From a virus (lineage: Duplodnaviria; Caudoviricetes): a stretch of DNA of 55,851 bases. Shown here one piece after another: positions 17,078 to 27,324 of the stretch. The notes under the pieces were generated by a model. The model ran no database searches, was not told where the DNA came from, and saw only the letters and a list, made by a program, of their open reading frames with translations. Location: IMG/VR virus record IMGVR_UViG_3300025151_000004, positions 1-55,851 of that record. One strand, given 5' to 3'. Numbering within the stretch: position 1 is the stretch's first letter; each line of letters starts with the position of its first letter. The translations under genes and the position numbers were made by a program.

Positions 17078-17529
17078 TGACAGAGGTAAGAAAGGCTTTC
17101 TCACGTTCTTTATATAATAAAAGCGATAAGACAGCGAAGAATATTATTAGAGAATACCTGATCAAATCTGAAGGACATTCCTTATTAAATGATGTAGAGA
17201 ACTATTATGCTGATCTACAAACATCTAAGGAAGGTAAAGATTATTATCACGAAGCTGAGATGAAATACTCATGGCGTGGCGATTGGCCAACACACTGGGA
17301 TGAGATCAGGATTCCTTCTCGAAAGAAAAGACTGCTCGAAAAGTATTCAAACGAAAGACTTACTTTCTATGTTATCTCAGGAGACGAAAAAAGATTCTGG
17401 AAAATCAGTTCTGATGCTCTAAGAAAAGCCCCTATCAAGGAAGCCAGTAATAGATACATTGACAAAGGGGAAACCTTTTTCCATATATCAGTAAGCAATG
17501 CTGATCTGATTAGTATTAGTACTGATTAA
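17077..17529 (+). CDS. hypothetical protein, possible PD-(D/E)XK fold
   Basis: TAATG coupling to nrdJ; D..EAEMK pattern. Confidence 0.65.
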   Translation: MTEVRKAFSRSLYNKSDKTAKNIIREYLIKSEGHSLLNDVENYYADLQTSKEGKDYYHEAEMKYSWRGDWPTHWDEIRIPSRKKRLLEKYSNERLTFYVISGDEKRFWKISSDALRKAPIKEASNRYIDKGETFFHISVSNADLISISTD

Positions 17530-17548
17530 CTATAAGGAGAAACCTATA

Positions 17549-17791
17549 ATGGATGAGCAAGAAGAAAAGATTAAAAAGCTTGAGGAAGAGATTAATCAAA
17601 AGCAGGAAGAACTAAGGGCTTTGACTAAATCTGAAAGTGACAAGGCATACGAGAGTTATATGGCTGCTCACGAGAACTGCCAAGAATTATGGTCTAAGTA
17701 CATTGATGTTCTTTACAAAGACAAAAAGGCAGAATTCAGACCATCTTTAAGAATGTCATTCCACACACGTCCGCTAACTTTAAACTGGTAA
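17549..17791 (+). CDS. coiled-coil hypothetical protein
   Basis: AAGGAG RBS, heptad-rich N-terminus. Confidence 0.7.
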   Translation: MDEQEEKIKKLEEEINQKQEELRALTKSESDKAYESYMAAHENCQELWSKYIDVLYKDKKAEFRPSLRMSFHTRPLTLNW

Positions 17792-17795
17792 AACA

Positions 17796-18575
17796 ATGAA
17801 CGATAAAGGGTTTACCCCTACGACTATCTATGTCGGTTACGATAACCGTGAAGACGTAGCGTATCAGGTATGTAGATCATCTCTCTTAACCAATTCTACT
17901 TCACTTAGATCAGAAGATATTATCCCCCTTAAGCATCAAGACCTCCGAGCCAACAAAGTATTCTGGAGAGGGTGGCGTATTGACCACAGCGGTCAGTACT
18001 GGGATGATATTGATGGCCGTCCTTTCTCAACAGAGTTTTCCTTTACCCGTTTTCTTGTGCCAGAACTGGCTCGTAGACAGGGTATAACAGAAGGACCGGT
18101 TATTTTTGTTGATTGTGATTTCCTGTTTATAGATGATATCCAGCAGTTAATCATGAATCACTTTGATCCATCCAAGGCGGTGCAGGTGGTTAAGCACGAC
18201 TTCAAACCAACCAGTACCGTAAAGATGGATAACAAAATCCAAATTACATATTTCATGAAGCTTTGGTCATCTCTTATGATCTTTAACATGGGACACCCAG
18301 AGAATAATAAGCTGGATTTAGCCACAGCAAACACGGCTTCCGGCTCTTTTCTACACGGGTTCGGATGGTTATCTTCCCCCGATCTTATTGGAGATATACC
18401 ACCGGAGTGGAATTTTATCGGGGATGAAAGTGAAAATGTAAAACCTTCTGCTGTTCATTATACAGAGGGTGGACCATGGTTTAGGGATTACAAAAATTGT
18501 CCCTTTTCGAAGGAATGGTATGAGCAATTAAATATTGCCTTTGAAGAAGACCACTATAAAGTTTTGGAATGGTAG
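17796..18575 (+). CDS. GT-A glycosyltransferase (GT8/CDI-like)
   Basis: YVGYD, STEFSFTRFLVP, DCD motif, WSSLM, HYTEGGPWF. Confidence 0.85.
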   Translation: MNDKGFTPTTIYVGYDNREDVAYQVCRSSLLTNSTSLRSEDIIPLKHQDLRANKVFWRGWRIDHSGQYWDDIDGRPFSTEFSFTRFLVPELARRQGITEGPVIFVDCDFLFIDDIQQLIMNHFDPSKAVQVVKHDFKPTSTVKMDNKIQITYFMKLWSSLMIFNMGHPENNKLDLATANTASGSFLHGFGWLSSPDLIGDIPPEWNFIGDESENVKPSAVHYTEGGPWFRDYKNCPFSKEWYEQLNIAFEEDHYKVLEW

Positions 18576-18581
18576 AATTAA

Positions 18582-20840
18582 ATGACTGCATCTTATAAAA
18601 TTGATTTAACGGCTAACATCACAGTCTTGACATCCTTTAAAGTTGATGACTATGCAACATACGCTAGAAGGTTTTTTGAATCATGGGCAAAATTCTGGCC
18701 TAAGAACATTAAGCTAACGGCGTACTACAATGGTGGGAAGCTTCCCAAAGATGTCGTTAGAGCTAGGAATATTTCTTACGTATCTTTGGACAAGAATGTT
18801 GACCTAAATTCTTTTAAGGAAAGAAACTCCCAGTTTAATGGCGGCTCTCCCTATAATTACCGTATGGATGCTATTAAGTTTTCCCATAAAGTTTTTGCTA
18901 TTTGCGATCATGTAAAACATATGGCGTCTAAGGGGGACATGGGATGGTTAGTCTGGATTGATGCTGATGTCTTGACAACTAAAAAGATTGATAGTAATTT
19001 TCTAAATCTTATTTTCCCTGACAGTTCAGATATTGTACACTTAGGTAGACAGGGTATCATTGATTATTCAGAGACGGGTTTTCTAGGTTTCAACCTTACG
19101 TATGATAAGGCCCATACCTTTCTACGAGACTGGCGCACTCTCTACACCACGAATGAAATCCTTGGTCTACGAGAGTGGACAGATGCTTTTGCCTTTGAAC
19201 GTCTCCTCAACCTGCATAAGAACCATGGAATTACGGCACACAATCTATCACCTCATGCAGCTTCTCTCGAAGCTTTTGATTACTCTCCCCTCACAGAGTA
19301 TTTTATTCACTTCAAAGGTGGGAGAAAAAGCATTCTCAATGCTCCGTATGAACCCGGTCCTGCTCGTTATAAGGACATTGAGAAATTCATCGAACACTAC
19401 GGAAGCACAAAACTTCTCGAAGTTGGAACATGGAACGGAAAGAGAGCCCTCCGCCTCATTACGGCTGCGCTTCAAAATTCTGATTCTGTCCATTATGTTG
19501 GACTGGACGTATTTGAAGATGGTAATGAAGAACTGGACCAAGAAGAAGGGAATGTAAAGCAGAGGACATATCTGCATAACGTCAAGTCTCTTCTTAATAC
19601 GTTCTCAAAGGATGCTCTCCTTGAAGAGAAGAAGGTATCCTTCGAGCTTATCAAAGGTAACTCACGGGAAACCCTACCTGATATCATGTCACGGTATTCC
19701 CCCGACTTTGCATACATTGACGGCGGTCATTCAATTGAAACCATCCGATCAGATTACGAGAACCTGAAGGATGTGCCCGTTATTGTGTTTGATGATTATT
19801 ATCGCCCCGATGGCGAAGATAATATGTTTGATATTACCAAGTACGGTTGCAATCAAATCGTCAATCACGAATTACCTGAAGGGCATCAGAAGGGCGTCAT
19901 CCCCTCAAGGGATGGGGTTCAGGGTGGGGGTATTACATGCCTTGCCTATGTATGTCACCCATCAATGCCGGAGGCACCAGACTTTGAAAACGTGACGGTA
20001 CCCATCAAGGTGCAGCCACGGGATTGTGTACCTGATGAGTATATCCACAACAACATCAAGGCTAACCACCTCAATATGGATAAGTGGATTACCAGAAGAT
20101 ACCATTGGAACACGGAAGAAGTGGTCTGTGTTTCAGCAGGCCCCACGATTAAACAGGATCTTGAAAACATCCGTGCCAGATACGAACAGGGGCACAAGGT
20201 TGTATGTGTCAAGCACTCTCATAATTTCCTAATTGAGAATGACATTATACCGTGGGGTTGTATCATTCTTGATCCACGAGATCTTGATGGTATTTCAACT
20301 CATGGGGTTAAGAGACGAGACCTTCTTGAGAATCCTAATATGTCTACCTATTATTTTGTAGCAAGTATGACAGACCCTTCTGTTACATATCATCTAAAGA
20401 AGAAGGGGGCTAAGATCATAGGCTGGGATGCTTATTCTAATGCTGTAGCATCCTTTGAGCATGTAAACGATAGGATGATGATTACGGGAGGTACCTGCGC
20501 TGCTATGCGGGCTATTGCTTTAATGCACACTCTTGGATTTAGAACCTTTCATCTGTTTGGTTATGACGCCAGCATGGATCCTGAAGGCACCTATGACTTG
20601 ACAGAGAAGGACGATAATGATCGTCAGAAGTATTTACAAGTTACAGTCGGTGAAGATAGCTTCATCACCACTGGTGAGCTATTAGCAATGGGTCAAGACA
20701 TGGAACAGTTCTTCCAGAGGGACGATGATGCCGAGTACCACGTATACGGTAAGGGCGGTATGGGCTATGCTCTATGGCAGATTGAAAAAGAAAAGAGAAA
20801 CACAGATACGTATAAATCATTTCTTGAAATTGGAGTATAA
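18582..20840 (+). CDS. three-domain glycosyltransferase + SAM methyltransferase + Maf/DUF115-like protein
   Basis: WIDADV and HFKG (GT-A); LEVGTWNG and IDGGHS (class I MTase); SAGPTI, GGTC..LGFRTFHLFGYD (DUF115-like). Confidence 0.75.
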   Translation: MTASYKIDLTANITVLTSFKVDDYATYARRFFESWAKFWPKNIKLTAYYNGGKLPKDVVRARNISYVSLDKNVDLNSFKERNSQFNGGSPYNYRMDAIKFSHKVFAICDHVKHMASKGDMGWLVWIDADVLTTKKIDSNFLNLIFPDSSDIVHLGRQGIIDYSETGFLGFNLTYDKAHTFLRDWRTLYTTNEILGLREWTDAFAFERLLNLHKNHGITAHNLSPHAASLEAFDYSPLTEYFIHFKGGRKSILNAPYEPGPARYKDIEKFIEHYGSTKLLEVGTWNGKRALRLITAALQNSDSVHYVGLDVFEDGNEELDQEEGNVKQRTYLHNVKSLLNTFSKDALLEEKKVSFELIKGNSRETLPDIMSRYSPDFAYIDGGHSIETIRSDYENLKDVPVIVFDDYYRPDGEDNMFDITKYGCNQIVNHELPEGHQKGVIPSRDGVQGGGITCLAYVCHPSMPEAPDFENVTVPIKVQPRDCVPDEYIHNNIKANHLNMDKWITRRYHWNTEEVVCVSAGPTIKQDLENIRARYEQGHKVVCVKHSHNFLIENDIIPWGCIILDPRDLDGISTHGVKRRDLLENPNMSTYYFVASMTDPSVTYHLKKKGAKIIGWDAYSNAVASFEHVNDRMMITGGTCAAMRAIALMHTLGFRTFHLFGYDASMDPEGTYDLTEKDDNDRQKYLQVTVGEDSFITTGELLAMGQDMEQFFQRDDDAEYHVYGKGGMGYALWQIEKEKRNTDTYKSFLEIGV

Positions 20841-20842
20841 AA

Positions 20843-21112
20843 ATGAGTGTTATTAATTTCCCCGGTGGGTCTATTACGGAAAGCCCTGCTTCACAAGAAG
20901 ATAAACTTAACAGTATCCGAAATGATATCTCTAAATTAGAAGAGTATGTTGAAGAAGCTCAAGACTATGTTGATGGTGTACTAATGATCAGTTTTTCTAA
21001 TAATGAGTGTCGTCATTGGATTTCTCCGGGGTTGTCCGTAGGCGATGTATACTTTATGCTTGGTCGTATCCAGAATGCTCTGCTTGAGTACGCAGACAAT
21101 GTTACAGAATAG
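20843..21112 (+). CDS. hypothetical protein
   Basis: GGAG RBS, VINFP N-terminus. Confidence 0.7.
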   Translation: MSVINFPGGSITESPASQEDKLNSIRNDISKLEEYVEEAQDYVDGVLMISFSNNECRHWISPGLSVGDVYFMLGRIQNALLEYADNVTE

Positions 21113-21126
21113 GAGGCATATAGCCC

Positions 21127-21345
21127 ATGGAAGAATTAGGACTAATTGAAAGAATTTGGGATACCCGTGATCTTGTTATTCAGATTATCGGTATGGTTGT
21201 GGTCGCAGCATCAATGTTGATTGCCGGGACAAAGACACCAGATCCAAATAGCATGTTAGGTCGCATTTATAAGGTTGTTGAATGGGCTGCTCTAAACTTT
21301 GGTAAGGCCAAAGAACAGGGCGATGCTGACGATAAACCAAAATAA
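21127..21345 (+). CDS. putative holin
   Basis: 72 aa, TM segment, TKTPD motif, charged C-terminus, precedes spanin pair; AGGAGG RBS. Confidence 0.55.
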   Translation: MEELGLIERIWDTRDLVIQIIGMVVVAASMLIAGTKTPDPNSMLGRIYKVVEWAALNFGKAKEQGDADDKPK

Positions 21346-21354
21346 TAATAACTA

Positions 21355-21567
21355 ATGTTATCACTTTTAGGGTCAGTCCTCGGTATAGTTGGTAAACTAG
21401 CTGGATTTCTTATGCCATACTTGGCTGGTAAGAAAGCAGCTAGGGCTGACTATGCCGAGGAGACCTTAAAGAAATCACAGGAAAAGAATGAAGTCCGCAC
21501 GGTTGTTAAGCGCATGTCTGCTTCTGACGCTACTAAGCGCCTGCTCGACAAATGGAGCCGGGATTGA
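21355..21567 (+). CDS. putative inner-membrane spanin (Rz-like)
   Basis: N-terminal hydrophobic anchor plus helical segment, overlapped by lipoprotein ORF. Confidence 0.6.
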   Translation: MLSLLGSVLGIVGKLAGFLMPYLAGKKAARADYAEETLKKSQEKNEVRTVVKRMSASDATKRLLDKWSRD

Positions 21568-21682
21568 TATCTGTTCCATCATGGAACCGATCCTCATATC
21601 ACATGATGATTCCCTGACGGAAGACACCGCCAAACAAATTTTAATTCATAATGAGTTTTATGATAGAGCCTGTGACGGCTGA
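21488..21682 (+). CDS. putative outer-membrane spanin lipoprotein (Rz1-like)
   Basis: signal peptide with lipobox LSAC, overlapping frame. Confidence 0.65.
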   Translation: MKSARLLSACLLLTLLSACSTNGAGIDICSIMEPILISHDDSLTEDTAKQILIHNEFYDRACDG

Positions 21683-24600
21683 TATCTAGGATTCCGTTCG
21701 AGTCTTTCTTGTTCTTGTCTTCTGATTGCAAGAGGTAGATCGTCAACTGGTACATCAATACCCTCTGCTCTTCTAAAGTCTTGCATAGCGGATCTCGTGA
21801 CAGAACCCATATCTATTCTAATAGGTTCTGAGGGGTTCTCAATGTTGTGCTGTCTGACTTCATCCATAATTGCCCGGATTTCCCCCTGAATTATTTCGAC
21901 TTCCTCAGAATCACCATTTGCATTAGCGATGTACAACTCAACAAAAATATTCTTTAGTGCATTCCTGTATGAACGTGACCGGGCATTATAGTTTTGCTCT
22001 GCCTTAATTTGTTGCCATGTTACATTACGGGCCTCAACGATTGATGTCGGTGTGAAGCCTGCGGCCTGTATGGCTATATCAAATAAATCAACCCCTCCAA
22101 AAGCCTCAACTGGTAATTCCCTACCACCCATGGTTACTCTACGGCTTCCCTGAGCGGCTAGTAGTATATTACGAAATACAGGTGGGAACATTTCTACAAC
22201 GGCTAAATCGTAGTCACCTGCGTTCACCCGCCTTTTTACATTAGTTACCTGTCCGATAATACCACCGGCAGGTCCGAAGAAATCTGGAAGAGATGCTTCT
22301 CTACCACCTGTTACAATTTGTACGAGACCTCGTGGTCCTTCAATACCAGTTCTTTTGCCCAACTCCACTCCAACCAAGGAGGGTAGACCACGATAAGCAA
22401 GGGCCAAAGCAACTTCTTGTGGCAACCCAAAATCATAAAGCATATCAGTGAGCATTGTCTCGGGATCTTCATCATCTCCCCAGATGTTATTAATCATGGA
22501 TACAATGTCACCAACTATGGCTACGGCAGGTACACCTATGATTCCGCCAGTGGTAACAAAAGCTAGGCCTGAGAGAAGGGCCATGCGTTTATAAATTTTA
22601 CGGGTTTCAGCATCCAGCTTAATTGGGTTACCATTCTCATCAAAACCACCGGCCCCTGTAAATCCATCCTTGAGAGCCTTGAAGAAATAACGCATGACCT
22701 GTGTCTGATATGGCAGAAACTGGGTTACAACCCCTGAGATTGGACCACGATTGTATCTGGGCCTGTCTGTCTTATCGAATTTAAACTGTGTCTTCTCCAC
22801 AGAGAACTGTATAAAGTTATCAAGATTAAATTCGCCGTACCTATTCTTACCCTCTGCGTCAAACATAAGTTTAGCTTTTGCGGGATCTTTCTTATATACT
22901 TCATAAGCAGCAATCGCCGTTGCGAAACGGTTGAACTGCTCCACCCAAGCGAAGGCAAAGCCTGACCCTCTTATACCAATCTCAACGCCCCGACCAATTT
23001 TTGAGTTTAACAACAAGGGTTGCTGTGATAGCTGACCCGAAACATCTGATAACTGAACAGGGGCCAAGATAGGCTGCGCTCGCTGTAGAGCTTCAAACAA
23101 TTGTTGATCCATGCCCGCAGGTTTTTTTCTCAAATCAAAAGGTTTGTTGGAAAAATCTAAGAACTGAAGACCCCTCGACATTCCCGCTTTTTTTGGATCA
23201 CTTAGTGGGAATTCTTTAGTCAACTTTAATGCTAGTTTAAAACCTTTTATAAGTGCGGCTGTACCCTCTGCTGGATTTTTCGCAATGCTCATAATGAAAG
23301 GCATCGTTGTATGCAAAAAAGAAGTAAGGTTGACCCCAGCAGATGACAGGTTACCACCAAGCCACCACGTAAACGCTATTCGTTTGGCAGTATCAGAATG
23401 CCTGTGTTGTTGTGAAACGTATCCATCTTCACCCCAAGTCTTTTGAGCTAGATCTTTGTAAGCCTGTGGTATCGTATTATCATTTTTTATGGCATCTAGC
23501 TCGTTATTTAGCCTTCTGTTTAAAGGCATTCTGGCAATCATGTTTGCCTGTGACGATACATGTTGATTAAAAGTTTGGCTCAGATTGGTAGATAGATTAT
23601 CTCTTGTTAAATCCCCCGGTATAGATTTTGAGTTTGGGATTAGGCGTTTACCAGCTTCAGTCGCAATTCTTCTTCCAAATGCTTTTCTAAACGCACTAAA
23701 ATTTTCAGACGCCTCAGTAGACGCAGCAGCATGATCCAATATATCCATAAGCGTATTAGAGGTTGCTGGACTTAGGTCTGCAACGAAATCATTAAAAGTT
23801 AATTCAAAAACACCCTTATTTCCCGTCGGAGTATAGTCAGGATTTTCTTCAAAGAATTTATTTCGTTTTTCTTCAGCATTTCGCTGCGCATCCTTAATAA
23901 ATTTAGGATCATCAACAACCTTAAAACCTACCCGCTCCACTCCGAAACGATCTGTAAATTTATACTTAAAACCAAACCTACCTTTTCTCATGGCAGGCAT
24001 ATAAAGGAGTTTGCGCTGCTTTTGAAGATCGTTGAAATGATCTCTAAATTCTCGGAGATCTTCAATTAAGGCGTTGTCGACATCCTCTATTCCTTCTAAA
24101 CTTTGGACCAGAGAATCAAACTTGTCCCCATCTCTTATATCTTCAAGGGTTATATAATCAGGGGGAAAAGTATCGCCTAACTGACTATTAATTTCATCAA
24201 TACCAGTAAGTAAGTAAGCCTCTACCTTTTGATCATAGATAAAATCGAAGACTTCTCTAAGTTTAAAAGCAGTATCAGCCAACTGTGTTCCAGAATCAAT
24301 TCGGAAAGTACCTAAGCCGGGAATTGGGTGCACAATGTCCTGATTAAAAAAGTCTTCAATTGTCACATCCTTTTCATCACTAAGAATCTTTTCAATTGTC
24401 TGTTCGTTTGTGATCCCAAGCTCTCGCAGAGCCGCCGCATCCAATGGAGTGTCTGGTTGTGTAGACGCCTCCATTATAGTCCGGGCAGCATGTAACAATC
24501 CATTAACCTGAGTTTTTTCTTGTGGAGTATGCCTCTCCAAAAAACCTGTGCTGAGCCTGTCCTCAACACCCACAATTACGTTGTTAAATCTCTCTTCTAT

Positions 24601-27309
24601 TTCTCGGGTGACTCGCCCAATATCTTTCAAGCCTGCATACTGTGATACAGCATTACCAAATGTATTTATATAAGCGCCTAGCGCAGCAGCCAGATCTTTA
24701 AACTGATTACCAAGTCCCTTTGGCATTCCCTTTTCTACAAACTTGGCAGCATCTTTCATCCTGTTTGCAACATAGGGTGCACTTTGTTCGGCGCTGGCAT
24801 AAATCTCGTCAAGATTCTTTGATTCAATTAAGTTTGGCTGACGTAGTTCAGATGGTCGTGCCAACTCACCGCCGATAAAAGCACGAAGAATTTGATCAAC
24901 ACTGGTATATTCATCAGCTATGTTTTTATCCTGTAGCCCTGAGACTAGGCTTTCAAGAGCCTTCTTGATTTTAGCAAGTATTCTCCTTACAAAACCCTTC
25001 TTCTTTAATCCTTTGATCGAGTCAATGCCTTCAGCATAGGCTTTGGCGGCAAGTTTAGCTTGGGCTTCTTTTTTCCTCATCTCCCCATCAGGGTATGCGG
25101 AAAGATCAATACCGTTAGCTTCAGCAAGTTCAGGAGTAAGCTGATCTTCCAAGATTTTTGACTCTGATTCTGTGAGGGCAAATCCTTGAATAATATGGAA
25201 AGCTTCTTCACCAACAAGTAAATTTGTCTCTGTTTCTCCGGGTTTGATTTTATTTTTATCAATCATAATAACTTTACCGGCAGGGATGGCGAAACCACCC
25301 ACAACAGAACCGCCCTCATCATTTTTTCCCCGAGAAACAAATTTGTTATATAAGTTATTTACAAACGTACCCTTACCATAACCAACATTAACATTATCAC
25401 CGGCTAACTTTTTTATATCATCGGTAATCTTATCTTGATTTTCTGAAGTCATCTGAGATGCAACCGTGTTCCGAAGTTTTTGAACACGTTCTTGTTTATC
25501 AGCTTCTACTAAACCAAGTTTTTCTACATATTTATCAACTCTGTTGTTAAAGTCAGTTCTTCTTTTTTGTTCAGCTTCGACTTTGGATACAACCTTATCT
25601 AATGCTTCTACATACTTTTTATTAACGGCTGCTCCATCCATAGGTTCTAAATTTCCGAATGCTGGGGAAACCGTTTGATCAGCAAAATCTTTACCCAAGA
25701 ACCGAGTAACCTGTCTCTTAATTTCAGTAGGAGACGACAGCGCAGATATTCCCGGAAGAACAGCTTTAATCCTTGTATCTAATCCTTTAAAACTATTGTC
25801 GATATCTTTATCAACATCTTTTGGTTTAGGAGCGCCTTCTATCGCCCGAGTTTGTTCTACTATCTCTGATTTTTTCTCTGCAAAACGAGTTGGTTCCTCT
25901 GCCTGTTCTCGTGCTGTTTCAAGCAGTTCTTCCCTTTTTATGGCACGGGCTTGATTTGCTCTAAATTTTTCAACAACAGTTTGAGCCTCTGCAACCTGTG
26001 TTTGAGCCGTTACAGGGTCTGCGGGAATAATACTCTCCGGTGGGAGTGTCTCTAGTATTCTCTCCCGTATTCCCTCTGGAAGTCCTTCAGGTAAAACAAT
26101 ACCTTCTGTAGTTGTCCCAGCTTCTGCATCAATTTCAATAGGGAGTACAGCAGCAGACCCGGAAAGGTGACGGACGACATTTCCCGGAAGATTAGCAACC
26201 TGTGCAGAAAGAGCCGGATCATTTATCTCTTCCTGAAGATTAACCTGAGCTTGTGCATCAATAGCCTGTTCATTTTGAGCAAATCTCTGCGCAGAACCTC
26301 TGGCACCTCTTACCTTAAATGCAGAAGTTATACCAGATAAAATAAAACCGGCTGATCCACCGTATAGACCCTGTTCAATAGCTGCGAAACTATCAATCCT
26401 TTTATCAGGATTATAAACATACCGCTCAATAAGATCTTGAGCTACTGCTTGAAAAGCTTCCTGTGATCCTTCAAGACCAGTATCAATAAGAACATCTTGA
26501 GCATATCTTTTTAGAGTGCCTACTTCTTGGCTGATGTTATTAAGCTGATTATAGTAGTCCGCCTCATCAATAATCCCATCATTGTAACGCCGTGTTAAAG
26601 CACCTAGCTTTCCACCTCCTGCGATGAGTCCAAACATTCTTCCCGGAACGGCTGCTTCCAGAGTACCCAAAGCAGCACTCATTAGCGTGGCCGCTCGAAC
26701 ATCTTCTGGAGAAGCCCCCGCTTCTATAGCCCTTTGATATCCCTCGTCACCTACGACAAGAGAACCAAGAAGTGCTGATGTACCTAAACCAAAAAGAGAC
26801 AGGGGGGCAGACAAAGGAGTTGTAGCTGTGATGGCAGCACCAGCGGCAACACCCGCCCCAGCGCCAGCTATGAAACCAAGCATAGATCCGACAGCTTCGC
26901 CAACTTTACCTAATTCTTCGTAATCACGTCCGGGTCTGGTGCTTGCATCTCGGGCGGCTCCCTCGATTATCTCGCTACCTAAATCATTAAAATAACCATC
27001 AAAAAGTTCAGAACCAATTAACTGTTCCGGGACATTCTCGAAACCCCGCACGGCACTCCCAAACGTACTCTCAACGCCACGGCGAACACCTGCAAAAGCT
27101 TCGCCGAGAAGACCACGGTCAATGGCGAACTGGGATGGGTCAGCCCGTTGAACCGCCAGATTTAGATTTGAATTAAATAATCTTTCAATGTTTGTTCCGG
27201 CATACTTAGGATTAAATTTACCACGGACTTCAGCAATGGCCTCTTCCATGGTGACATGATCCCCAAAGGTATAAGTCTTACCAAAAGCATCGAGGGTTAG
27301 TTCTGACAT
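21658..27309 (-). CDS. large internal virion (ejection) protein
   Basis: 1883 aa, last gene of structural arm, Gly/Ala hydrophobic segments, degenerate EEAFH zincin-like motif. Confidence 0.7.
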   Translation of the reverse strand: MSELTLDAFGKTYTFGDHVTMEEAIAEVRGKFNPKYAGTNIERLFNSNLNLAVQRADPSQFAIDRGLLGEAFAGVRRGVESTFGSAVRGFENVPEQLIGSELFDGYFNDLGSEIIEGAARDASTRPGRDYEELGKVGEAVGSMLGFIAGAGAGVAAGAAITATTPLSAPLSLFGLGTSALLGSLVVGDEGYQRAIEAGASPEDVRAATLMSAALGTLEAAVPGRMFGLIAGGGKLGALTRRYNDGIIDEADYYNQLNNISQEVGTLKRYAQDVLIDTGLEGSQEAFQAVAQDLIERYVYNPDKRIDSFAAIEQGLYGGSAGFILSGITSAFKVRGARGSAQRFAQNEQAIDAQAQVNLQEEINDPALSAQVANLPGNVVRHLSGSAAVLPIEIDAEAGTTTEGIVLPEGLPEGIRERILETLPPESIIPADPVTAQTQVAEAQTVVEKFRANQARAIKREELLETAREQAEEPTRFAEKKSEIVEQTRAIEGAPKPKDVDKDIDNSFKGLDTRIKAVLPGISALSSPTEIKRQVTRFLGKDFADQTVSPAFGNLEPMDGAAVNKKYVEALDKVVSKVEAEQKRRTDFNNRVDKYVEKLGLVEADKQERVQKLRNTVASQMTSENQDKITDDIKKLAGDNVNVGYGKGTFVNNLYNKFVSRGKNDEGGSVVGGFAIPAGKVIMIDKNKIKPGETETNLLVGEEAFHIIQGFALTESESKILEDQLTPELAEANGIDLSAYPDGEMRKKEAQAKLAAKAYAEGIDSIKGLKKKGFVRRILAKIKKALESLVSGLQDKNIADEYTSVDQILRAFIGGELARPSELRQPNLIESKNLDEIYASAEQSAPYVANRMKDAAKFVEKGMPKGLGNQFKDLAAALGAYINTFGNAVSQYAGLKDIGRVTREIEERFNNVIVGVEDRLSTGFLERHTPQEKTQVNGLLHAARTIMEASTQPDTPLDAAALRELGITNEQTIEKILSDEKDVTIEDFFNQDIVHPIPGLGTFRIDSGTQLADTAFKLREVFDFIYDQKVEAYLLTGIDEINSQLGDTFPPDYITLEDIRDGDKFDSLVQSLEGIEDVDNALIEDLREFRDHFNDLQKQRKLLYMPAMRKGRFGFKYKFTDRFGVERVGFKVVDDPKFIKDAQRNAEEKRNKFFEENPDYTPTGNKGVFELTFNDFVADLSPATSNTLMDILDHAAASTEASENFSAFRKAFGRRIATEAGKRLIPNSKSIPGDLTRDNLSTNLSQTFNQHVSSQANMIARMPLNRRLNNELDAIKNDNTIPQAYKDLAQKTWGEDGYVSQQHRHSDTAKRIAFTWWLGGNLSSAGVNLTSFLHTTMPFIMSIAKNPAEGTAALIKGFKLALKLTKEFPLSDPKKAGMSRGLQFLDFSNKPFDLRKKPAGMDQQLFEALQRAQPILAPVQLSDVSGQLSQQPLLLNSKIGRGVEIGIRGSGFAFAWVEQFNRFATAIAAYEVYKKDPAKAKLMFDAEGKNRYGEFNLDNFIQFSVEKTQFKFDKTDRPRYNRGPISGVVTQFLPYQTQVMRYFFKALKDGFTGAGGFDENGNPIKLDAETRKIYKRMALLSGLAFVTTGGIIGVPAVAIVGDIVSMINNIWGDDEDPETMLTDMLYDFGLPQEVALALAYRGLPSLVGVELGKRTGIEGPRGLVQIVTGGREASLPDFFGPAGGIIGQVTNVKRRVNAGDYDLAVVEMFPPVFRNILLAAQGSRRVTMGGRELPVEAFGGVDLFDIAIQAAGFTPTSIVEARNVTWQQIKAEQNYNARSRSYRNALKNIFVELYIANANGDSEEVEIIQGEIRAIMDEVRQHNIENPSEPIRIDMGSVTRSAMQDFRRAEGIDVPVDDLPLAIRRQEQERLERNPRYQPSQALS

Positions 27310-27324
27310 AGTTTCTTTCTACAG

